Assembly: GCA_964389325.1 (NCBI GenBank)
Contig: CAYMEN010000011.1
Coordinates: 52,252 to 116,251, forward strand
Reading direction: 5' to 3'
From: an uncultured bacterium
Lineage (GTDB): Bacteria; Muiribacteriota; Ozemobacteria; Ozemobacterales; Ozemobacteraceae
Length of the DNA: 64,000 bases
The notes beneath the pieces are model-generated. The model did no database searches. It was given only the letters and a program-made list of their open reading frames with translations, and was not told where the DNA came from. Positions 44,086 to 53,376 of the stretch are shown here, in pieces. Position 1 is the stretch's first letter. Each line of letters opens with the position of its first letter. The translations under genes and the position numbers were made by a program.

Positions 44086-46353
44086 TCAGATCATGGATTT
44101 CAGGAAGGTGAGCTTCGAGAGGGCCTTCATCAGCCACATCTTCTTGCCGGGCAGGTCGTCTGGGCCGAAGACGGCCTTCGCGTCGCCGTTCCTGTCGATC
44201 TCGATCCGGTACTCCTTCGAAACCGATATGTCGGACATGATGCCTGCCCGCAGTTCGGCGGAGAAGGAGCGTGACTTGATGGCCGCGACGACTTCCGAAT
44301 TCACTTCCTCGCTCAGCGAGTCAAGGTTGTAGGTGCCGACGATCGAAACCTTGCCGTCGAACACGAAGTTCTTGGCGTGAAGCTTTCGCTGGCCGGCGAA
44401 GGTGAAGATGCGCGCCGTCGGGAGGTTCTTGAGGATGTTCTTCCAGTCGGCGTAGAACATCGCCTGGGTCGCCAGGCTGTCTGTCGAGACCGGGCTGTTG
44501 GTGTGGACGATGATGCGGACGCGGCGCGCGCTGGCGCGCTTGAGAGCCGCCATCATGCGGTCGGAGAGAACGACGTAGGGGTTCTGGATGACGATCTCGG
44601 AACGCGCCCCGTCGACGAACTTGATGAGGCAGTCGGTGATGTCGTTGCGGGGGCCGGCGAGCGAGTGCTTGTCGATGATCTTGACCGGCGCTTCATGCGA
44701 ACCCGCGAACGGGTCGAAGCCGGAGAACCCCTTCAGATGCTTGTACCCGGCCAGTTCGCCGCGATACTCCTCGAGGGCCTTGGCGCGCCGCTTGTCGGGG
44801 TCCTGGGCCGGCGTGAAGACGCTTCCGGTGATGTGGGCGCCCATGGCCGCGAACGCGAGTTCCAGCTCCTTGCTCATGACGTCGATGTTGCCCCACAGGT
44901 CGGCCACGATGTTCGTCTGCTTGCGCTCGGCGAACTCCTCATCGAACGCCTTGTCGAGCTGGTCGGCCACGTCGGTGCTGCGGACGACGACGTCGCAGTC
45001 GCGGTATGCCGTGGGCATGTCTTCGGGATCGACGAAGTAATGGCTCGAGATGTTGCGGCCGCCGACGACCGAGTATTCGCCGTCCACGACGAGAATCTTG
45101 TCGTGGTTGCTGGCCATGATCTTGCGCGGGTCGAGCACGAACGTGACGAGGTTTTCGTGAACCGGGTTGAACACCTTGACCTCGACATTCGGGTAGCTGA
45201 CGAGCTCCTGGACGAAATCCTGGCCCATCAGCTTGCGGGTGAACCCCTTGGTGCCGCGGGCGTCCATCATGAACCGGATCTTGAGGCCCTCGCGGGCCTT
45301 GCGAAGAAGCGCGCCCTGGAGCGCGAGGCCGAAGATGTCCTTGTCGACGATGAAATACTGCACGTCGATCGAGCGCCGCGCGTCATTGACGATTTTCCAC
45401 CGCGTATACCAGGATTTCGAGTTGTCATACAGCAGCCGGACGTCGGAAGGATCGGCAATCTTGACGCCCGTCGAGGTCTCGAACTGGTCGAACGAGATGT
45501 CGGGGGCAGGCTGGAAGCGCGCCGCCACGTTTTCGTAGGCGATCATGAACTTCAAGTAGTCGTCCTGCGTGTTGGTGAACGACCAGACGTCCTTGAAATA
45601 CGAGCCGAACCGGAAAATCTTCACCGGGAACGCCAGCCATGAGGTGTCCCGGTATTTGTCATACTGCGCAGCCAGCCCGGAATACTTGGTGGTGAGGGTG
45701 TTCTTCCACTGGGCATACTGCTTGTTCGCGTCGTAAAACCTGAGCCGTGCCTGCGCCTCGGCGGCCATGGCCGGATGGCGGGAATCGGCCGCGATCTCTT
45801 TCAGGAGTGCCGTCGCCTTTTTCACATCGCCTTTGAGCTGCTCGTAGGCCTTCGCGACTTCGTATTTCAACTGCGCCGCAAACGGGGAGTTCGGGTTCGC
45901 GGCGACGTATTTCTCGATGGCCGAGATCGCGGCGTCGGGAGACCGCCGGTTCGCATCGCTCCAGAGCGCCTGGACCATGTTCCGGATCGCGGCCGGGATC
46001 TGGGCGGTGGCCGTGGCGGAACGGGAGGATGTCGTGCCTTCCCCGGCAAGGCTTCCTGAATCGCCTGTGGAGTCCGGGAGACCGGTCGCCTGGTCGATGG
46101 AGGCGACACCCTGTCCGTCGTCCGTCTTCGTGTTCAGCGAGGCTTCATACGATCGCTTGGCCTGCGTGTAGGCTTCGAGCGCTTTCTTTACTTCTGCCTC
46201 GGGCAGGCTGTTCGAAACGGCATCCTTGTACGTCTTGTACGTCGAGATATACTGATCGTAGATGGCCCGGCTGTCGCTCTGGCCGAACGCCGTCGAAGCG
46301 ATCAGCAGCATGAACAGAGATGCCCGGAATCGGCTGACGGAGATGCGTTTCAT
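44086..46353 (-). CDS. Secreted phospholipase D-family protein (ClsC/YmdC-like) with a long helical/TPR-like N-terminal region
   Basis: Two HKD motifs: 'NHDKILVVDG...GGRNI' and 'KLHAKNFVFDG...GTYNLD'; signal peptide; GGGAGG RBS. Confidence 0.88.
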   Translation of the reverse strand: MKRISVSRFRASLFMLLIASTAFGQSDSRAIYDQYISTYKTYKDAVSNSLPEAEVKKALEAYTQAKRSYEASLNTKTDDGQGVASIDQATGLPDSTGDSGSLAGEGTTSSRSATATAQIPAAIRNMVQALWSDANRRSPDAAISAIEKYVAANPNSPFAAQLKYEVAKAYEQLKGDVKKATALLKEIAADSRHPAMAAEAQARLRFYDANKQYAQWKNTLTTKYSGLAAQYDKYRDTSWLAFPVKIFRFGSYFKDVWSFTNTQDDYLKFMIAYENVAARFQPAPDISFDQFETSTGVKIADPSDVRLLYDNSKSWYTRWKIVNDARRSIDVQYFIVDKDIFGLALQGALLRKAREGLKIRFMMDARGTKGFTRKLMGQDFVQELVSYPNVEVKVFNPVHENLVTFVLDPRKIMASNHDKILVVDGEYSVVGGRNISSHYFVDPEDMPTAYRDCDVVVRSTDVADQLDKAFDEEFAERKQTNIVADLWGNIDVMSKELELAFAAMGAHITGSVFTPAQDPDKRRAKALEEYRGELAGYKHLKGFSGFDPFAGSHEAPVKIIDKHSLAGPRNDITDCLIKFVDGARSEIVIQNPYVVLSDRMMAALKRASARRVRIIVHTNSPVSTDSLATQAMFYADWKNILKNLPTARIFTFAGQRKLHAKNFVFDGKVSIVGTYNLDSLSEEVNSEVVAAIKSRSFSAELRAGIMSDISVSKEYRIEIDRNGDAKAVFGPDDLPGKKMWLMKALSKLTFLKSMI

Positions 46354-46455
46354 CGTGTACCTCCCGAGATCGACATTTGATAATTTGATGTAATTATACT
46401 GATCGATCCCGGGGGCCGTAAAGGGCGGCCGAATCTCCATCCGCTCTTGCGAAGG

Positions 46456-47019
46456 TCAGGCCGGCTGAATCTCCTTGCCGTTCCCGGTTCGCGCCCGCCT
46501 GATGATATCGAAGACGAACAGAAGAATGGCGGCAAAAATCGGCAGGTAAATCATGCGTGTGACGAACGGTCCCTGGAAAATGTACACCTTCGCCTGGCCT
46601 GCCGCGTTCTGCGACAACCGAAGGGTGTACGTCCCGTTGCGAAGGGCAGGTGAGTAAAGAGTGAGCCACGTCGGCTTCGCGCTCGGATCGGGGGGGCGGA
46701 GCAGGTGCTTCACCTGGTCGGTGATCGTCTTCCCGTCGGGGTCGAGAAGCTCGATCCGCACGTCCCGCAGTTCCCGCTGTTTGGCGCCGAAATCGATCTT
46801 GAACGGATCGCCGGCCGCCGCCGTGAACGTCATCTCGGTCGCGAAAGGCGTTGCGGGGGCCTTCGCATCCTCGAGTCCCATCAGCCCTTCGGCGATCCCG
46901 AGCTGGAAATAGTTCGGGTCGATCACCACCATGCCGACCACGAGCACGACCAGCAGAACGATATACCGGAAAATGACCCACCCGATCGATCCCTGTCGGG
47001 CCCTGCGCGTGATTGTCAT
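46456..47019 (-). CDS. Hypothetical membrane protein (two terminal TM helices around a beta domain)
   Basis: 187 aa; RBS present; codon pattern consistent with coding. Confidence 0.65.
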   Translation of the reverse strand: MTITRRARQGSIGWVIFRYIVLLVVLVVGMVVIDPNYFQLGIAEGLMGLEDAKAPATPFATEMTFTAAAGDPFKIDFGAKQRELRDVRIELLDPDGKTITDQVKHLLRPPDPSAKPTWLTLYSPALRNGTYTLRLSQNAAGQAKVYIFQGPFVTRMIYLPIFAAILLFVFDIIRRARTGNGKEIQPA

Positions 47020-47064
47020 GTCGCTCGTCCCTTCCGCGCCTGGTGTGGCGCAACAGATTCGGAA

Positions 47065-49671
47065 CTATACCACCTCGATGACCGGTTCGTCGGCCCGCAC
47101 GTCGAGACAAAGCGCCGAGCCGTCCGGAATCGCGTTGGCGATCAGCCGCCGGGCGAGGCGCGTCTCGACCTCTTTCTGCACGAGCCGCTTGAGAGGCCGG
47201 GCTCCGTAGACCGGGTCGTAGCCTCGCTCGATCAGCCATTCCTTCGCGGCAGGGGTGACGTCGAGGGTCAGCCGCCGCTCCGAGAGCCGCTTCCGCAGAT
47301 CGCCGAACTGGAGCTCGATGATCGAGCCAAGCTGCTCCTTCGAAAGCGGCGTGAACAGGACGATGTCGTCGACGCGGTTCAGAAACTCCGGTCGGAATGA
47401 GCGGCGCAGCTCTCCCAGCACGTCTTTCCGGACGTCCGCGGCGAGCTCGCCGGTGGCGGATATGCCGTCAAGCAGCGTCTGGGAACCGATGTTGCTGGTC
47501 ATGATGACGACGACGTTGCGGAAATCGACGGTGCGCCCCTGCGAATCGGTGAGCCGGCCGTCGTCGAGCAGCTGGAGCAGCACGTTGAACACGTCGGGGT
47601 GTGCTTTCTCGATCTCGTCGAACAGCACGACGGAATACGGTTTGCGGCGCACGGCCTCGGTGAGCTGGCCGCCCTCGTCGTACCCGACGTAGCCTGGAGG
47701 CGCGCCGATCAGCCGCGAGACGGCGTGCTTTTCCATATACTCGCTCATATCGATCCGGACCATGTTCTCCTCGGTGTCGAACAGGGCCTGGGCGAGAGCC
47801 CGCGCCAGCTCGGTCTTGCCGACGCCGGTGGGGCCGAGGAAGATGAACGAGCCGATCGGGCGGCGCGGGTCCTTGATCCCGGCCCGAGACCGCAGCACGG
47901 CGTCCGCGACCAGGCTGACCGCCTCGTCCTGCCCGATGACGCGCTCGTGGAGCAGCGTGTCGAGCTTCAGCAGCTTCTCGCGCTCGCCTTCGACGAGCCG
48001 CGTGACCGGAATGCCCGTCCAGCGGCTGACGATCGCGGCGATCTCCTCCTCGTTCACCTCCTCGCGCACAAGTCGGCCGGTCGACTGCTTGCGCTTCAGC
48101 TCGGCCTCGAGTTCGGCCAGTTGCTTCTGGGTGGCCGGAAGCCGGCCGTGGCGAAGCTCGGCGGCCTTTTCGAGGTCATACGAACGCTCGGCCGCCTCGA
48201 CGTCGCGATGCATCTTCTCGATCTCGGCGCGAAGGCCCTGCACTTTCCGGATCACGTCCCGCTCGCTTTCCCATTGGGCTTTCATCGAATCAGAGCGCGT
48301 TTTCAGGTCCGCGATCTCCTTCCGGACGTCGGCCAGCCGCGCCGCGCTCGCCTCGTCCTTCTCTTTCGCGAGCGCCGCTTCCTCGATCTGGAGCTGCATG
48401 ATGCGCCGTGTGACCGTGTCGAGCTCGGTGGGCATGGAATCTATATCGGTGCGTATCGTCGCGCAGGCCTCGTCGACCAGGTCGATGGCCTTGTCGGGCA
48501 GGAACCGGTCGGTGATGTACCGGTGCGACAGCGTCGCCGCGGCGACGATCGCCGAGTCGGCGATGCGGACGCCGTGGTGCACCTCGAACCGCTCCTTGAG
48601 CCCGCGCAGGATCGAGATCGTGTCGGGAACGTCAGGCTGTTCGACGAGCACTGGCTGGAAACGGCGTTCGAGCGCGGCGTCCTTCTCGACGTGCCTGCGA
48701 TACTCGTCGAGCGTCGTCGCGCCGATGCAGTGAAGCTCCCCGCGCGCCAGCAGCGGCTTGAGCATATTGCCGGCGTCCATCGAGCCCTCGGCCTTGCCGG
48801 CCCCGACGATCGTGTGGAGCTCGTCGATGAACAGGATGACGCGGCCCTCGCTCTGCTTGATCTCGGCCAGAACCGCCTTCAGCCGCTCCTCGAACTCGCC
48901 GCGGAACTTCGCGCCGGCGATCAGGGCGCCCATGTCGAGCGCGAAAATGGTCTTGTCTTTCAGCCCTTCGGGGACGTCGCCCCGCAGGATGCGCTGGGCG
49001 AGCCCTTCTGCGATGGCCGTCTTGCCGACCCCGGGTTCGCCGATCAGGACGGGGTTGTTCTTCGTCTTGCGCGACAGGATGCGGATGACGCGGCGGATCT
49101 CGTCGTCGCGACCGATGACCGGATCGAGCTTGTTCTTCCCCGCCTCGCGGACGAGATCGCGACCGTACTTCTCGAGCGCTTCATAGGTCTGCTCGGGATT
49201 TGCCGAGACGACGCGCTGGTTGCCGCGGATCTCGGTGAGCGCCTTGAGAAGCCGCTCGCGGTCGATCTTGAACGAGGCGAGCAGCTTTCCCGACGGCGTC
49301 GATGAACCCGAGGCGATCGCCGCGAGCACCAGGTGCTCGACCGACAGATACTCGTCCTTCAGGGTCTTCATCTCGGATTCCGCGCTCACGAGAATCTGCG
49401 ACAGTTCCCGCGTGACATACACCTGGTCGGGCCGCATACCCGGCCCCGAGACGCGCGGCTTCCGGCCGATTTCCCCGCTCAGCCTCGATTTCAGGTCCTC
49501 GAGCGGAACGTCCATCCGGTTGAAAAGACGGGGAATGAGCCCTTCCGCGTCCTCCAGCAGCGCGGCGAGCAGATGCTCCGGCGAAACTTCGGTGTGTCCG
49601 TACTCGACGGCGAGGTTCTGCGCCCTCTGCAGCGCTTCCTGCGACTTCTGCGTCAAACAATTTATATCCAT
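47065..49671 (-). CDS. clpB: ATP-dependent chaperone ClpB
   Basis: 868 aa; 'GEPGVGKT', 'LFIDELH', 'GPTGVGKTE', '[11 protein letters not shown]', coiled-coil middle domain. Confidence 0.98.
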   Translation of the reverse strand: MDINCLTQKSQEALQRAQNLAVEYGHTEVSPEHLLAALLEDAEGLIPRLFNRMDVPLEDLKSRLSGEIGRKPRVSGPGMRPDQVYVTRELSQILVSAESEMKTLKDEYLSVEHLVLAAIASGSSTPSGKLLASFKIDRERLLKALTEIRGNQRVVSANPEQTYEALEKYGRDLVREAGKNKLDPVIGRDDEIRRVIRILSRKTKNNPVLIGEPGVGKTAIAEGLAQRILRGDVPEGLKDKTIFALDMGALIAGAKFRGEFEERLKAVLAEIKQSEGRVILFIDELHTIVGAGKAEGSMDAGNMLKPLLARGELHCIGATTLDEYRRHVEKDAALERRFQPVLVEQPDVPDTISILRGLKERFEVHHGVRIADSAIVAAATLSHRYITDRFLPDKAIDLVDEACATIRTDIDSMPTELDTVTRRIMQLQIEEAALAKEKDEASAARLADVRKEIADLKTRSDSMKAQWESERDVIRKVQGLRAEIEKMHRDVEAAERSYDLEKAAELRHGRLPATQKQLAELEAELKRKQSTGRLVREEVNEEEIAAIVSRWTGIPVTRLVEGEREKLLKLDTLLHERVIGQDEAVSLVADAVLRSRAGIKDPRRPIGSFIFLGPTGVGKTELARALAQALFDTEENMVRIDMSEYMEKHAVSRLIGAPPGYVGYDEGGQLTEAVRRKPYSVVLFDEIEKAHPDVFNVLLQLLDDGRLTDSQGRTVDFRNVVVIMTSNIGSQTLLDGISATGELAADVRKDVLGELRRSFRPEFLNRVDDIVLFTPLSKEQLGSIIELQFGDLRKRLSERRLTLDVTPAAKEWLIERGYDPVYGARPLKRLVQKEVETRLARRLIANAIPDGSALCLDVRADEPVIEVV

Positions 49672-49731
49672 AGCTATTTAACCTCCGATGTCACCGAACG
49701 GGCGGTACACATGTTATCCGAGTCTTGACTA

Positions 49732-49746
49732 ACAAAAACCGTGCCA
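49732..49746 (-). promoter_or_regulatory. Sigma-54-like -24/-12 element upstream of clpB
   Basis: TGGCACG-GTTT-TTGT; one mismatch at the -12 C. Confidence 0.4.
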
Positions 49747-49842
49747 CCGCAGAACATCGCTTCTAAAGCCGGTTTTCCAGGTCCAGGTGAATGCGACGTC
49801 GCACCCAATTCCCGCAAGTGCGACGTTTCCGTCGCACCAGCC

Positions 49843-49868
49843 CCCTTCGGCAGGCTCGGGGTGAACGG
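49843..49868. repeat. Half-element CCCTTCGGCAGGCTCGGGGTGAACGG, roughly complementary to the 43152/53251 repeat family
   Basis: Similar to 53289-53314; an 8-bp perfect hairpin lies next to it at 49818-49837. Confidence 0.6.
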
Positions 49869-50017
49869 CCGTTTTCATTCTGCATGACTCCAGAGCCGGG
49901 GTGTATCACGTTGTGCCCGTTTCGGCCCCGACAAGCTTGACGGTTGCGATGAGGTACTATATACCCATAGAACATGCGGCCCATGAGAGCCGCATGACAG
50001 GGAAAGGAGCAGGACCC

Positions 50018-51292
50018 ATGGCACAACGCGGTATCCGTGAGTATCACGGCAAGAAGATGCTGGCCCGGCATCTGGGCGAGTATCTGAGCGGCGGCGTCGG
50101 CTACGACGGCAAGATCGTCCTCGTCGATGCAACGACCGACTGGAAGCAGCTTCGCACGGACAACCCCTGGCTTGGCTCGATGCCGCTGGTCGCCAAACCC
50201 GACCAGCTGTTCGGCAAGCGCGGCAAGCACGGCCTCGTCCTCGTCAACAAGAACTTCGACGAGACGAAATCCTGGATCATGGAGCGGATGGGCAAGACCA
50301 CGAAGGTCGGCGAGACGACCGGTACGCTGACCCATTTCCTGATCGAGCCCTGCATTCCCCACGAGATCGAATACTACGTCGCGATCAAGTCCGGCGCCGA
50401 AGGCGACGTGATCTACTTCTCGCTCGAAGGCGGCATAAGCGTCGAGGAGAACTGGGACAAGGTCGTCCAGATCCCGGTGCCGATCCTCGCCGGCATCGAC
50501 GGCGTCGACGTCGAGAAGGCGCTTCCCCCGGCGCTCGGCAAGAACAAGAAGCTCGTCACGAAGTTCGTCATCGGCCTGTACAAGTATTTCGCGGCCATGC
50601 ACTTCGCCTATCTCGAGATCAACCCGTTCGCCATCGCGGGCGAATCGATCATCCCGCTCGACATGGTCGCCAAGCTCGACGACACCGCCGAGTTCTGCGC
50701 GGCGAAATACTGGGGCGAGGATATCGAATTCCCGGCCGCGTTCGGCCGCACGCTCTCGCCCGAAGAGCAGAAAGTGCGCGAGCTTGACGCGATGTCGGGC
50801 GCTTCCCTCAAGATGACGCTGCTCAACCCCGACGGCCTCGTCTGGAACATGGTCGCTGGCGGCGGCGCCTCGGTCATCTTCGCCGACACCGTGTGTGACC
50901 TGGGCTACGCGAAGGAACTGGCCTTCTACGGCGAGTATTCCGGCGACCCCAGCACCCAGCTCACCTACGAATACGCGAAGGTCGTCATGGACCTGATGAC
51001 CCGCAAGCCCGATCCGCAGGGCCGGCCGAAATGCCTGATCGTCGGCGGCGGCATCGCCAACTTCACCGACGTGGCGAAGACCTTCACCGGCATCATCATG
51101 GCGATGAAGGAGTTCGCGAAGAAGTTGCAGGCGGTGAACGCCCGCATCTACGTGAGGCGCGGCGGCCCGAACTACCACGAGGGCCTCGCCAAGATCAAGG
51201 CGGCGGCGACCGAACTGGGCCTGCCGATCGAGGTTCACGGGCCCGACTACCACATGACCCGTGTCGTGCGCGACGCCCTCCAGACGGCGTGA
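50018..51292 (+). CDS. aclB: ATP citrate lyase beta subunit (ATP-grasp/citrate-binding)
   Basis: 'MAQRGIREYHGK', 'LVAKPDQLFGKRGKHGLV', 'AGGGASVIFADT', 'YGEYSGDP', 'GGGIANFTDVA', 'VRRGGPNY'. Confidence 0.93.
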   Translation: MAQRGIREYHGKKMLARHLGEYLSGGVGYDGKIVLVDATTDWKQLRTDNPWLGSMPLVAKPDQLFGKRGKHGLVLVNKNFDETKSWIMERMGKTTKVGETTGTLTHFLIEPCIPHEIEYYVAIKSGAEGDVIYFSLEGGISVEENWDKVVQIPVPILAGIDGVDVEKALPPALGKNKKLVTKFVIGLYKYFAAMHFAYLEINPFAIAGESIIPLDMVAKLDDTAEFCAAKYWGEDIEFPAAFGRTLSPEEQKVRELDAMSGASLKMTLLNPDGLVWNMVAGGGASVIFADTVCDLGYAKELAFYGEYSGDPSTQLTYEYAKVVMDLMTRKPDPQGRPKCLIVGGGIANFTDVAKTFTGIIMAMKEFAKKLQAVNARIYVRRGGPNYHEGLAKIKAAATELGLPIEVHGPDYHMTRVVRDALQTA

Positions 51293-51317
51293 CAGCGGAA
51301 AGGAAACAGAGACGATT

Positions 51318-53162
51318 ATGAAACGACCGTCATATCTCCTGTTCGACAGGAACACCCGTGCGATCATCTTCGGCATGCAGACCAACGCGGTCCAGCGCAT
51401 GCTCGACTTCGACTACTGCTGTAAACGGGAAAAACCCTCCGTGGCCGGCGTCGTTGACCCGGGCCGCAACGGCACGACCAAGTGCTTCTACGGCAAGAAG
51501 GAAATATTCGTACCCGTATATCCCGACATCGCCTCGGCCGTCGCCGCGAACGCCGACGTCGATGTGATGATCAACTTTGCCTCGTTCCGCTCTGCCTACG
51601 ACACGACGATGCAGGCGCTCGACATCGAGCAGATCCGCACCGTCTGCGTCATCGCCGAGGGCATTCCCGAACGGTTCTCTCGTCACATGCGCGCCGTCGC
51701 CATCGAGCGCGGCAAGGTCATCATCGGGCCGGCCACGGTCGGCGGTATCGCTGCCGGCGCCTTCAAGATCGGCAACACCGGCGGCACGATCGAGAATATC
51801 TGTTCGTCCAAGCTGCACCGGCCGGGCTCGGTCGGCTTCGTCAGCAAGTCGGGCGGCATGTCGAACGAGGCCTACAACATCATCGCGCGTAACAGCGACG
51901 GCCTGTTCGAAGGCATCGCCATCGGCGGCGACGCGTTCGCCGGCTCGAACCTGCTCGAGCACCTGATGCGGTACGAGGCCAACCCGTCGATCAAGATGCT
52001 CGTCTGTCTCGGCGAGGTCGGCGGCGAGGAGGAATGGCGCATCGTCGAGGCCCTGCGCAGCGGGAAAATCAAGAAGCCGCTCGTGATGTGGGTTACCGGC
52101 ACCTCGATCAAATATATGCCGAAGGGTATACAATTCGGCCATGCCGGCGCCAAGGCCGACGCCAGCCGTGAGACCGCCGAGGCGAAGAACGATGCCCTGC
52201 GCGCGGCCGGGGCCGTTGTGCCGACCTCGTTCGACGATTTCGACAAGGCGATCAAGGAAACTTTCGACAAGCTCGTTGCGAAGGGCGCCCACAAGCCGGT
52301 CCCGGACGTCGAGCCCCCGGCGATCCCGATGATGTACAAGGAAGCCTCGGCGCGCAACCTGGTGCGTCGCCCCACCAACTTCACCTGCACGATCTCGGAT
52401 GACTCCGGCGACGAGCTGATCTACGCCGGCCACAAGATCAGCAAGGTGATCTCGGAAGGCTACTCGCTCGGCGAAGTGATCGGCCTGCTCTGGTTCAAGG
52501 AGCGCCTGCCGAAATGGGCAGCGGGCTTCATGGAAAACGTGCTCAAGCTGTGCGCCGACCACGGTCCCTGCGTCTCCGGCGCCCACAACGCCATCGTCAC
52601 GGCCCGCGCCGGTCGCGACCTGATGAGCGCCGTCGCCGCCGGCATGCTCACGATCGGCCCGCGGTTCGGCGGAGCCGTCGCCGGCGCCGCCCTCTCGTTC
52701 AAAGCCGCCCGTGACGCGCAATTGACGCCCGACGGCTTCGTCGATCACATGAAGAAGAAAAACGAGAAGATCCAGGGCATCGGGCACCTGATCAAGAGCC
52801 TCAAAAACCCCGACATGCGCGTCGTTCTTCTGAAAAAGTTCGCCAAAGAGCACTTCCCGGCGACCCCCCTGCTCGATTACGCCCTCGAAGTCGAACAGGT
52901 CACGACCTCGAAGAAAGACACTCTCATCCTCAACGTCGATGGCTGCATCGGCGTCCTCTCGGTCGACATGATGTACGGCCTCGGCTGGAGCGAGGAGAAG
53001 ATCCAGGAGGTCGTCGACAGCGGCGGTCTCAACGGTCTCTTCCTGCTCGGCCGCACGATCGGCATGATCGGCCACTACATGGACCAGCGCCGCCTCGAGG
53101 CCCCTCTCTACCGGCACCCCATGGACGACGTCCTCTACGACCTCCCGAAATTCACCGAGTAA
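51318..53162 (+). CDS. aclA: ATP citrate lyase alpha subunit (with citryl-CoA lyase domain)
   Basis: 'QRMLDFDY', 'INFASFRSA', 'IAEGIPE', 'SKSGGMSNE', 'QFGHAGA' (phospho-His), 'ADHGPCVSGAHN', 'LNVDGCIG'. Confidence 0.95.
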   Translation: MKRPSYLLFDRNTRAIIFGMQTNAVQRMLDFDYCCKREKPSVAGVVDPGRNGTTKCFYGKKEIFVPVYPDIASAVAANADVDVMINFASFRSAYDTTMQALDIEQIRTVCVIAEGIPERFSRHMRAVAIERGKVIIGPATVGGIAAGAFKIGNTGGTIENICSSKLHRPGSVGFVSKSGGMSNEAYNIIARNSDGLFEGIAIGGDAFAGSNLLEHLMRYEANPSIKMLVCLGEVGGEEEWRIVEALRSGKIKKPLVMWVTGTSIKYMPKGIQFGHAGAKADASRETAEAKNDALRAAGAVVPTSFDDFDKAIKETFDKLVAKGAHKPVPDVEPPAIPMMYKEASARNLVRRPTNFTCTISDDSGDELIYAGHKISKVISEGYSLGEVIGLLWFKERLPKWAAGFMENVLKLCADHGPCVSGAHNAIVTARAGRDLMSAVAAGMLTIGPRFGGAVAGAALSFKAARDAQLTPDGFVDHMKKKNEKIQGIGHLIKSLKNPDMRVVLLKKFAKEHFPATPLLDYALEVEQVTTSKKDTLILNVDGCIGVLSVDMMYGLGWSEEKIQEVVDSGGLNGLFLLGRTIGMIGHYMDQRRLEAPLYRHPMDDVLYDLPKFTE

Positions 53163-53172
53163 CTCCGCGAAC

Positions 53173-53206
53173 AAAAAGCCCGGGGCCATCTGGCCCCGGG
53201 CTTTTT
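53173..53206 (+). terminator. Bidirectional intrinsic terminator after aclA
   Basis: AAAAAGCCCGGGGCCA-TC-TGGCCCCGGGCTTTTT, perfect 16-bp stem. Confidence 0.9.
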
Positions 53207-53250
53207 GCCGGATGCATACCGGTTATTGTTTCGAACAGAACGCATGTTCC

Positions 53251-53314
53251 GTTCGTGCTGAGCCTGTCGAAGCACGAGAACCCTCGCACCCGTCGGCAGG
53301 CCCGGGGTGAATGG
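53251..53314. repeat. Two-part repeat element (left arm identical to 43152, degenerate right arm)
   Basis: GTTCGTGCTGAGCCTGTCGAAGCACGA ... CCCGTCGGCAGGCCCGGGGTGAATGG. Confidence 0.75.
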
Positions 53315-53322
53315 ACACCAAG

Positions 53323-53351
53323 AAAAAAGCCCCGGGCTTCAAGCCCGGGGC
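53323..53351 (-). terminator. Intrinsic terminator of the large lipoprotein gene
   Basis: A6-GCCCCGGGCTT-C-AAGCCCGGGGC. Confidence 0.8.
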
Positions 53352-53376
53352 CATGGATTCAATTCTCTGAATCAGG

